A stretch of 24,507 nucleotides of DNA from a virus (lineage: Duplodnaviria > Caudoviricetes), in the IMG/VR virus record IMGVR_UViG_3300006802_000538, positions 1-24,507 of that record; one strand, given 5' to 3'. Each line of letters starts with the position of its first letter. The first letter of the stretch is position 1. The translations under genes were made by a program, and so were the position numbers. The notes beneath the pieces are model-generated. The model was not told where the DNA came from. It made no database searches and was given only the letters and a program-made list of their open reading frames with translations. Of this stretch, positions 1 through 7,269 are shown one piece after another.

Positions 1-1
1 A

Positions 2-58
2 CAGTGTTATAGAGCTTATAGCAATGATGAACCATTCGGCGAACGTTTCTCCTGTCAC
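2..58 (-). CDS. Partial small hypothetical membrane protein (5' end only; runs off the window)
   Basis: GTG overlaps the TGA of ORF 55-276 (GTGA coupling) and reads MTGETFAEWFIIAISSITL, which is hydrophobic. An alternative ATG at 35 in another frame is also possible. Confidence 0.3.
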   Translation of the reverse strand, partial: MTGETFAEWFIIAISSITL

Positions 59-276
59 AAATCCCCCAGTATTTCGTCTTCAAGGTTGATGACCTCTGCT
101 TCACTAAGCGAGTACAGCAAGTTAGCCCGTCTGGCCCGAGGAGAGTTCTCAGAGGGAAGGGCAAAAATGCCCACAATTTCCACCTGAGGAGGGAGGTCTA
201 GCTCCGTGTCCTCAGGAAATTCCTGATACTCCACTTCAACTTCCAGCGGGAGCACGGTTTTATGGACGCGCGGCAT
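55..276 (-). CDS. Small acidic hypothetical phage protein
   Basis: ORF 55-282; ATG at 276 preferred (MPRVHK...), overlapping the 3' end of ORF 260-550 on the same strand. Confidence 0.65.
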   Translation of the reverse strand: MPRVHKTVLPLEVEVEYQEFPEDTELDLPPQVEIVGIFALPSENSPRARRANLLYSLSEAEVINLEDEILGDL

Positions 277-550
277 GTGCACCCACCTTCTTCATCTTGT
301 CCGCGTGTTCCTGCTCCCAAAGAACTTTCTTAAATTCTTTTTCGACCAGTCGCATGCAGACCATCCCAACGGAGCACTGCCAGAGTTCGCCAAGTTCACG
401 CATCATGGCGTAGTGGCTTGATCGAACGGTGACCGTGGTCCATGGCTCTCGACGCCTTGCCGGTGACACGTACTTCACCGGGTCGCCCGGTTGCCGGGCA
501 TGGCGTCGTTTGCCATATCTTTTGCCAAAAGTCTGAACTTTCTTTGTCAT
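260..550 (-). CDS. Putative ribbon-helix-helix (Arc/CopG-like) DNA-binding protein with basic N-terminal arm
   Basis: Strong SD GGGAGG upstream. Strand WTTVTV, helix SSHYAMMRELGELW and helix SVGMVCMRLVEKEF fit the RHH pattern. The fold call is inference. Confidence 0.6.
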   Translation of the reverse strand: MTKKVQTFGKRYGKRRHARQPGDPVKYVSPARRREPWTTVTVRSSHYAMMRELGELWQCSVGMVCMRLVEKEFKKVLWEQEHADKMKKVGAHAARP

Positions 551-570
551 CGTCTTTCCTCCCTAGGCCG

Positions 571-598
571 AGAAAGGTATCGTAAAAACTGCGATACC
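571..598 (-). terminator. Possible weak intrinsic terminator after DNA polymerase
   Basis: 7-bp inverted repeat GGTATCG (576-582)/CGATACC (592-598) with a 9-nt loop, followed on the minus strand by only TTTCT. Confidence 0.4.
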
Positions 599-599
599 G

Positions 600-2462
600 T
601 CAACAGGCTTCGCCCCATGAGGGACCGATTTCAATATCAACCTTGCTGGGAACCTCCAACTTGACCGCATTCAGCATGATTTCGGCCGCAGCCTCGGCCT
701 CTTCGCGGCTATTCACGCTGATGGCAATCTCGTCGTGCACCTGCAACAGGGGAGGGAATCCGGCCTTGAAGAGCTTCACCATAGCCGACTTGGTCTGGTC
801 TGCCGCTGACCCTTGGATGAGCCTGTTCAGGCCCTTGTAGGTCATCGCCCTGCGGATGCGGGGACCGTACTTGGCCGCTGCTTCCTCTCGGGGGAGCGCC
901 TTGTTGATGCCGTACTCAATGGGCTCCCACAGTGGGAACCGGCACTTGCGGCCCAGTAGCGTCCGGATGGCCCCGCCAGAGGCTGGATGTTCGATCCTCT
1001 TCATGACCGAATCAACAGTGCCCCGGAGGAACGGCACCTTCTGGTGGAAAGTGGCCATCAATTCCGACGCCTCCTCCACAGGCATATCGAGCTGCCCTGC
1101 CAGTTTGGCCTTACCCATCCCGTACATTAGACCGAGTCCAATAGTTTTGGCCTGTTTCCGCTTAATTTGGGCCAAATCCGCGACCATCTGGTGAAAGTCA
1201 GTGTCAGGGTTCTCGCGGTAAGCCTGTGCCATGGTCTCCGCGCCCGGTAGGCCGAGGAGGGTTGCGTAGTGCACAAGCAGGCGAGGCTCCTGCGAAGAAA
1301 AGTCCATCGCGGCCCACTGTTGCCCCTCTTCTGGCAGGAAGAGCGACCGGACGGTAGGTCCGATGACCTCGTGCCGCGCAGGGACCTGCTGAAGGTTAGG
1401 ATTCGACATTGATAGGCGGCCTGTGACCGTCCCGCCGTCGTCCCCACGCAGCTGGTTGATGTGCGGATGGATGCGACCGTCCCCTGCGAAGTCGATGTAA
1501 GGCTTGAGGAACGTTCCGTAGGTTTTGTTCAGTTCCCGGGCAGACACGATCATACGTGCAATCGGGGCATCGCAGGATTCCAGAAAAGACCGTGTGAAAC
1601 TTGGCAGTCCGGTCGTCGTCCGGGGGTATTTTATTTTTAGTTTGTCAAAAGCAGGGGCAATGCTGGCCGCAGCCCAGATGTCCACCTTCTGTCCTGCAAT
1701 CTCCGAGATGGTGTCAATGGTCCTTCGTTCTTCGCCCGCCATCTCCTGAATCAACTCCCCTGCCTTGGCCACGTTGAACCGGACCCCTTTCAAGGTAACG
1801 TTCACCAGTACGGGCAGAAGGTCGCACTCCAGTTCGAAGATCGCTTCTACGTCCTCTTTACGCAGCGCGGTCTTCAGGTATTGCCAGAGCTTCAGCGTGA
1901 GCGCTGCGTCCTGTTCTGCGTAATCCCCCACGAACATAGCCGGAAGTTTCCAAAGTTCTTTCTTCGGGTGGACGCCAAAATCGGCAGCCGCCTCCTTCAG
2001 GCCGACCTCGGATTTGGTCTCCTTCAAGAAATCGAAGCCAAGACTGTTGAGGGCGTAGGAATACCTATTCTCATCGACGACGCCGGCGGCAATCATCGTG
2101 TCCAGAATGCGGCCATTCACTTTGAACCCTGACGCCAGCAGCCACCCAAGGTCGTAGGCAGCATTGTGCATAATCTTTGGGCATGGCAGTTCAAGCACCT
2201 TGGTCATCCATCGCTCGACAACTTTGCGATCAAGGTTTCCACCGCCTGCGTGGGCAACAGGGAAGTATCCCTTCCATCCCTCCACAGCCACTGCGTAGCC
2301 TACGATGTATCCGTCTTTTCTGGGCCACCCCGGTCCATGAGTATCCATGTGCGGGTCGCAGGTCTCGAGGTCGATAGCGATTTCTGTGGCCTCGCTCAGG
2401 TCCGGGAAAGAAGCAGGAGGAACCCACTCCGATTTAGGGGCGAAAAGAGGAAGTGTTCTCAT
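600..2462 (-). CDS. polA: Phage family A DNA polymerase with 3'-5' exonuclease domain
   Basis: ExoI DLET, ExoII HNAAYDL, ExoIII YAEQDA; TGRLSMSNPNLQQVP; motif A DFSSQEPR, motif B RKQAKTIGLGLMYG, motif C QVHDE. 620 aa, no 5'-3' exonuclease. Confidence 0.97.
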   Translation of the reverse strand: MRTLPLFAPKSEWVPPASFPDLSEATEIAIDLETCDPHMDTHGPGWPRKDGYIVGYAVAVEGWKGYFPVAHAGGGNLDRKVVERWMTKVLELPCPKIMHNAAYDLGWLLASGFKVNGRILDTMIAAGVVDENRYSYALNSLGFDFLKETKSEVGLKEAAADFGVHPKKELWKLPAMFVGDYAEQDAALTLKLWQYLKTALRKEDVEAIFELECDLLPVLVNVTLKGVRFNVAKAGELIQEMAGEERRTIDTISEIAGQKVDIWAAASIAPAFDKLKIKYPRTTTGLPSFTRSFLESCDAPIARMIVSARELNKTYGTFLKPYIDFAGDGRIHPHINQLRGDDGGTVTGRLSMSNPNLQQVPARHEVIGPTVRSLFLPEEGQQWAAMDFSSQEPRLLVHYATLLGLPGAETMAQAYRENPDTDFHQMVADLAQIKRKQAKTIGLGLMYGMGKAKLAGQLDMPVEEASELMATFHQKVPFLRGTVDSVMKRIEHPASGGAIRTLLGRKCRFPLWEPIEYGINKALPREEAAAKYGPRIRRAMTYKGLNRLIQGSAADQTKSAMVKLFKAGFPPLLQVHDEIAISVNSREEAEAAAEIMLNAVKLEVPSKVDIEIGPSWGEAC

Positions 2463-3958
2463 AGGAAAAAGGCCTTTTTTGCATTGCGTGGATGCACCAA
2501 GTGCAGAGACTGCTTCGCGCGAGTAATCCCCACATACAGGAGCCTGTTGATGTCATCCGGATTCCGCTGATACTCGTCAGCGAACTTGGTCGAAAGTTCT
2601 GTCAGCATCAGCACGTTGTCGGCCTCGCCTCCCTTCGCGCCGTGTATCGTGGACAGTTTAACGTTTATCTCTCCAGTTAACTTAGTCTTTCTGCGGAGAA
2701 TAGCGATGATGTAATCGCGCTTTGCAGCGTCGATCTTGGTTAACGTCTCGTGCCAGATGGCGTCTGTCTGCAGCCCGTAGTTCTCGCGAAGTCTGTTCAA
2801 CGAGAACAGGCCTTCTTCTGGCAGAAGCGCCAAGGACCGCTGTCCTCGGGCCACGAACGGTGTTCCAAGGTACTTGTAGATTGCCTTGACGGTCTTTGAC
2901 GACACGCTTCCTCCGCGTCGCAGTGTCTCCCACCCCATTACGGCGGTAAGGACGGCCTCGGATATGCTCCGTTGTCCGTGGCGCTCGAACAGAATCCCTT
3001 GGCCCTTGAGCCATGTGTGCATTTCGTTGAGCAGGTGATTGGTCGCCGCGAGCACGAGCCACTGCCCTGAACTCAGGTCTACTTTCTGGAAGTCGTTGTA
3101 GAACGCTATCGTCCCGCGTTCCTCGCGAGGGTGCCATATTTTTTCCTGACGCACGCGAATTCGTTTGACCACGCGGTTTGCCAGCGCATGGATTTCGAGC
3201 GGGACTCTATAGGACTGCTGTAAGACCAGAGGTTCGCCTTCAAAGCCTAGAAAGGCATGGACATCGGCCCCTGCCCAGTTGTAGACGGCTTGATCGTCAT
3301 CTCCCGCAAGGTATGAACGCTTCGCCTTCTTCACGAGATGTTCAACAATCTGCCACTGGAGTTTCGACAGGTCCTGCGCCTCGTCGATGATGAGCACGTC
3401 TAGCGACGGCAGTCTCTCCGGCTGCTCCAGAATACGTTCTAGCAGGTCGTTAAAATCCAGCAGCTCCTTGGACGCCTTATAGTGACGATAGGCACGCGAG
3501 ATGTACTCGAAGTGATGCCATTCGATATCTATGTTGCTTCTGTTGTAGTGGACGCGCAGGTCCTCGCCCTTGATTCTGGCAAGGTTTATTTGATTTAGAA
3601 TCGGATTGTCTGCCCGAACAGAAAACACTTCGTCGTCTGTCTCGGTGACTATTTCGATCCCAACCTGCGCGGAGAACTCCCGGAAGTTCTCGGGCCGCAT
3701 CATGTCCTTTGTACTCACGCCTAGGCAGTAGTACGCCAGACTATGTAGCGTCCTGAACCACGGGAAATCGATGTCAGGAACGAGGGTCGGGAATCGCTGT
3801 ATAGCGCGTTCCCGAGCCTCTATTGAGGCCTTTCTGGTGAAGGAGAAGTACCCTATCGCAGAGGAACTGGTCCCCTCTTCTAGTTCCTTCTCAACAAGGC
3901 CTAGAAGATAGGTAGTCTTGCCTGAACCCGGAGGCCCAAATATTTTCTGGACCCGCAT
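2459..3958 (-). CDS. UvrD/Rep-like superfamily 1 DNA helicase
   Basis: Walker A GPPGSGKTT, FRTLHS, Walker B IIDEAQD, GDDDQAVY, QSYR, STIHGAKGGEAD, LLYVGITRAK. Overlaps the polA start by 4 bp. Confidence 0.95.
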   Translation of the reverse strand: MRVQKIFGPPGSGKTTYLLGLVEKELEEGTSSSAIGYFSFTRKASIEARERAIQRFPTLVPDIDFPWFRTLHSLAYYCLGVSTKDMMRPENFREFSAQVGIEIVTETDDEVFSVRADNPILNQINLARIKGEDLRVHYNRSNIDIEWHHFEYISRAYRHYKASKELLDFNDLLERILEQPERLPSLDVLIIDEAQDLSKLQWQIVEHLVKKAKRSYLAGDDDQAVYNWAGADVHAFLGFEGEPLVLQQSYRVPLEIHALANRVVKRIRVRQEKIWHPREERGTIAFYNDFQKVDLSSGQWLVLAATNHLLNEMHTWLKGQGILFERHGQRSISEAVLTAVMGWETLRRGGSVSSKTVKAIYKYLGTPFVARGQRSLALLPEEGLFSLNRLRENYGLQTDAIWHETLTKIDAAKRDYIIAILRRKTKLTGEINVKLSTIHGAKGGEADNVLMLTELSTKFADEYQRNPDDINRLLYVGITRAKQSLHLVHPRNAKKAFFL

Positions 3959-3961
3959 GGC

Positions 3962-5491
3962 CTAGAACGGAGCACCCGAGCTTTGTTCCGGCGTTGGGAA
4001 CGGGGAGTCCTGTTTAGTGAATGCGTCGATCTTCCAGACCCGTGTTGCGCGGGCCTTGAGCCACAGCACTTGAGACTGCCCTCCGAGGTCGCGTAGTCGC
4101 TGCGCTACTTTAGGAGATGAAAGAAGCATGTTGTTGCGCTTCAAGTGCGCCTCTAGGTCCTTCATTCGGAAGTACACCGCTTCCTGCTCTTCGTCCGTCC
4201 ATGGCCTGCCCATGAGGATTTCATCACGGTCCATGGCTTGATGCAGGTGCGTGCAAAATTCTTCGAGAAGGTCGTTGAAGCGCCCCGTCGTGGTCGTGTC
4301 CTCTGAGGCGTCCTGAATATGTTCCAGCTCCACCATCTCGCGGAGAAGTCCATTCAGGACACTTTCCCAGTCGTTCTTACGCAGCGTCGGAGGGACTACG
4401 TTAATCTTCTCCATGCAAGCCTTCTGGAAAGATGCCTGATTGAACAGGCTCTCTGTCTCCAGTTCGATGCGTTTCCCGTTCACGTCCAAGAACCACAGCG
4501 GCGGCTCTGATGCGTACTTGCTGAGAGATGTCAGGCGAGGGCTATCAGGACCCTCGGACCCTATTCCATATTTACGCGTGCGGCACAGCCCACTGTTGCA
4601 GAAGCTAACCAGCGGCTGGTCCTTGCACTTGTAGTTATATGTCTTCTTGTTGAGCTGCTTGACGACAATCTGCAGTTCGGAGATTCCCAGCGGGGGCGAG
4701 AAGTAGTTCATGTTGTGTTCCATGAGCTTGTTCTCCCACGCCTCGGGGAACGCCTTCTTCAGATAGACGCCAAGGCTGAACAGGCCGTTGTTACGCGTGC
4801 CCTCCGGAAACCCCTGTGAACACAAGGCCTGCAAGCAAGGCGGCCCGTCGGCGATGACCTTCTCTGCGGCCTTAGGAGCCTGCGGAATAGTCAGCGGAGG
4901 CGTCTGGACATGCTGCCGGTAGAGTTCGAAGAACTCTTCTAGTGTCGCCGCCTCGCCGTTGTCCTTGATCGCATATCGAAGCGTCTCGTCCGCGTTGTGG
5001 TACGGCAGATTCAGGAAGTTCCCCGTGTCCCCACGCTCTATGAGAATTTCCGCCTGCTTTGGGAAAATTTCCCGACCTGATTCACCTATCAGTGCCGCGC
5101 AGGCACGCAGGTACTCCTGCATATCTCCAGCAGGGATAGGAGAGGAAACAAAACAAAATACGTGCGCGCCTCCGGATTTGGAGCGGCAAACAACTAGAGG
5201 GAGGCCAAGGGAGCGAACCTTGTGAACAACCAGTCCAAGGTCCAAAGGATACTGGTCAATATCAATACAGCCCCACCCACAAGAATTATCGCCACGAATC
5301 GGAATAATTCCCAGAGAAGGCTCACCTCCTCGTAGATGTCGTTCCCAAAGGTCCCTAGTCGGAGGTTGTCTGACGACGACCGCTTTTCCTGCTTGTTTTC
5401 CATTGGATTTCGACCCCTCAATTCGATAGGTGCCATAGGCGATGTCGAGTCCCTCGAATATCGCCATGAATTGCGAGAGTTCGTTGGTCAT
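3962..5491 (-). CDS. Archaeo-eukaryotic-type primase (AEP/PrimPol) with PriCT-like and Cys-rich C-terminal region
   Basis: AEP motif I GCIDID and motif II RSKSGGAHVF; GNFLNLPY; PriCT-like GTRNNGLFSLGVY. No Walker A. Confidence 0.85.
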   Translation of the reverse strand: MTNELSQFMAIFEGLDIAYGTYRIEGSKSNGKQAGKAVVVRQPPTRDLWERHLRGGEPSLGIIPIRGDNSCGWGCIDIDQYPLDLGLVVHKVRSLGLPLVVCRSKSGGAHVFCFVSSPIPAGDMQEYLRACAALIGESGREIFPKQAEILIERGDTGNFLNLPYHNADETLRYAIKDNGEAATLEEFFELYRQHVQTPPLTIPQAPKAAEKVIADGPPCLQALCSQGFPEGTRNNGLFSLGVYLKKAFPEAWENKLMEHNMNYFSPPLGISELQIVVKQLNKKTYNYKCKDQPLVSFCNSGLCRTRKYGIGSEGPDSPRLTSLSKYASEPPLWFLDVNGKRIELETESLFNQASFQKACMEKINVVPPTLRKNDWESVLNGLLREMVELEHIQDASEDTTTTGRFNDLLEEFCTHLHQAMDRDEILMGRPWTDEEQEAVYFRMKDLEAHLKRNNMLLSSPKVAQRLRDLGGQSQVLWLKARATRVWKIDAFTKQDSPFPTPEQSSGAPF

Positions 5492-5502
5492 TCTGCTTTC
5501 TC

Positions 5503-5528
5503 AAAAAAGCGGGGGCCGAGGCCCCCGC
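5503..5528 (-). terminator. Rho-independent terminator between SSB-like gene and primase
   Basis: 8-bp GC stem GCGGGGGC/GCCCCCGC, 4-nt loop, followed by T6 on the minus strand, 5 nt after the stop codon. Confidence 0.85.
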
Positions 5529-5533
5529 ATGGG

Positions 5534-6304
5534 TCAAAATGGGATTTCTTCCGCCGTGGTCGCAGCTTCGTCTTGATGCTTGACCTTAACGTCCCCCGAC
5601 TTCACCGAATTGGCGAACTCCTTCGCTAGACGGTAGACACCCATGTCCTCCACAGACCCAACACGCTCGATCTCCCAGCCGTACCACTTACCCTTATCGT
5701 TTGATTCTTGGGTCGTGGTCAGTCGATAAATCTGACTGAACATCGGCGGGGTATAAAGACCGCCCTGACTAGACTGGAGCTTCACGCTCATCTGCATGCT
5801 GTTCCACTTGCGGCTCTTCTTGAGCTGCGTGGACTTCATGGAGATAAGAGCGGGAGAAGGCACGCCATTCTCGTCCAGCACCATCACATAGTGATTCGCG
5901 GTGTTCTCGATATAGTTACCGTTATCAAGATAGTCGCGATTGTCCCCCGGCTCACGGTGTGTTCTGGACAGAATGTCGCTAGTCGCCGAATAGATCGCAA
6001 CCGGAGCACCACTGCCAGACCCACGAGGAGCCCATTCAATATACTGACGCACGTAGGCGCACGGAATCACCATCAGCCCCTTCTTGCCGTCGTACAGCTG
6101 ACCAGTCACGGTGTTGTACACCATGCCGGGCATTGCTCCATCGACTTCGCCAACTTCTGGACTGGAAGCCGTCAGAAGCCGTAAAAACGGCAATGCAAAG
6201 TCTTCTTGATTCATTCCGTCAAAACCCGACGCAGCAGCATCCTCCTCAAACGTGCTGACGACGACCATGCCGGTTTCGGCCTTCTGTGCTAGATCTTTGC
6301 TCAT
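5534..6304 (-). CDS. Putative single-stranded DNA-binding protein
   Basis: Position in the replication module, beta-rich aromatic core (YIEW, KWYGWEI) and an acidic C-terminal tail ending EEIPF, typical of SSBs. Confidence 0.7.
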   Translation of the reverse strand: MSKDLAQKAETGMVVVSTFEEDAAASGFDGMNQEDFALPFLRLLTASSPEVGEVDGAMPGMVYNTVTGQLYDGKKGLMVIPCAYVRQYIEWAPRGSGSGAPVAIYSATSDILSRTHREPGDNRDYLDNGNYIENTANHYVMVLDENGVPSPALISMKSTQLKKSRKWNSMQMSVKLQSSQGGLYTPPMFSQIYRLTTTQESNDKGKWYGWEIERVGSVEDMGVYRLAKEFANSVKSGDVKVKHQDEAATTAEEIPF

Positions 6305-6316
6305 GTTTCTTTCCTC

Positions 6317-6862
6317 TTATGACTTGATTACGGCCTTCTGGCCAATGTATGCGCCGAAGAGTTCTTGAGGGAACTCATTTCCGCGTTCCACCTGCTCACG
6401 AACCCATGCCTTAAGGGTCATGGGCTCTACCTTCTCCGACTGCTCAAGCGGGTATCCCGTCTCACGCAGCAACCGAACAAGACGAGCGCACAACTCGTCT
6501 TCGCCGCGCCCAAAGCGCACCGAGACGGTGTTCTTAATGATGTCATCGAAGCCGCGTTTCCGCAGCCATTCGTAAGCCTCCGCCCGCCTTCCTTCTGGGA
6601 TCGACGCACCGTAAAACGGTTTGATCTCAATAGAAGACCCGTCGTCCATCCTGAACGACTTCATGCCTAGTGTAGCAAGGGCTTCAGGGATGGACTCCTC
6701 AGTGAGCTTTCGGTACTGGTCCTTCCGCTCCTTGAGGCTCTGCTCCATGTCGTCCAGTTCTTTCTCAAGTTCCTTGGCCCGTCGGGCAAGGGCAGAAATG
6801 CCGGATAAGGCATCATCTGCAATACTGAATGCAGCAGCATCTTTTTCGAAGAGGTCAGTCAT
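6317..6862 (-). CDS. Conserved phage replication-module protein with N-terminal coiled coil
   Basis: 181 aa; heptad region ARRAKELEKELDDMEQSLKERK; motifs AYEWLR..G.DDIIK and VEPMTLKAWVRE recalled from phage hypotheticals; 8-bp overlap with the upstream gene. Confidence 0.8.
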   Translation of the reverse strand: MTDLFEKDAAAFSIADDALSGISALARRAKELEKELDDMEQSLKERKDQYRKLTEESIPEALATLGMKSFRMDDGSSIEIKPFYGASIPEGRRAEAYEWLRKRGFDDIIKNTVSVRFGRGEDELCARLVRLLRETGYPLEQSEKVEPMTLKAWVREQVERGNEFPQELFGAYIGQKAVIKS

Positions 6863-7187
6863 ATTCGTTTCCTCTGCTCGGGAACAAGTCTATCTGTATT
6901 GGGATATATCGGCGCTCAAACTTATCCCATTTCAGGCACTTAAAGCGCCCTTTGTTGCGGTGAGCGGCCACGGCACTAATGATGCCAATGGCTGTCGGGT
7001 CGCCGATGAACAAAAGATAATCTTCGTCTCCGAAGTTTGCAAGCATGCGCTTGATTCTTGCAACGGTGGGCTCAACAGAGAACGCCACTTGAGCATTAGG
7101 GGGAAGAATCACCTTGATTTCTCCCCAGTTCAGCGCTCCAGTGATGTTGTGCTGCTTGGTCTCAGACACGACGTAGACGGTCGGCAT
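6855..7187 (-). CDS. Small alpha/beta hypothetical protein (110 aa), first gene of the leftward operon
   Basis: Start reassigned from 7247 to ATG 7187 because of the SD AGAAAGGAG (7194-7202) 6 nt upstream. Contains motif DYLLFIGDP. Confidence 0.8.
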   Translation of the reverse strand: MPTVYVVSETKQHNITGALNWGEIKVILPPNAQVAFSVEPTVARIKRMLANFGDEDYLLFIGDPTAIGIISAVAAHRNKGRFKCLKWDKFERRYIPIQIDLFPSRGNEYD

Positions 7188-7217
7188 CGTTTTCTCCTTT
7201 CTTTGTAACGAGGACTG

Positions 7218-7247
7218 ATAGTACACTCGGCCCTGTGGGAAATACAA
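7218..7247 (-). promoter_or_regulatory. Sigma70-like promoter for the leftward replication operon
   Basis: TTGTAT (7247-7242), 18-bp spacer, TACTAT (7223-7218), in the divergent intergenic gap 7188-7269. Confidence 0.6.
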
Positions 7248-7269
7248 TCCCCTCTAGAAAGAGAGACCA

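Noticed and set aside
600-2462. Intein, intron or DnaJ-type insertion in polA
   Set aside because: Motifs are continuous at normal spacing in 620 aa; no CxxCxGxG repeats or splice motifs.
7188-7247. 20-aa N-terminal extension of ORF 6855-7247
   Set aside because: It spans the predicted promoter; the strong SD supports ATG 7187.
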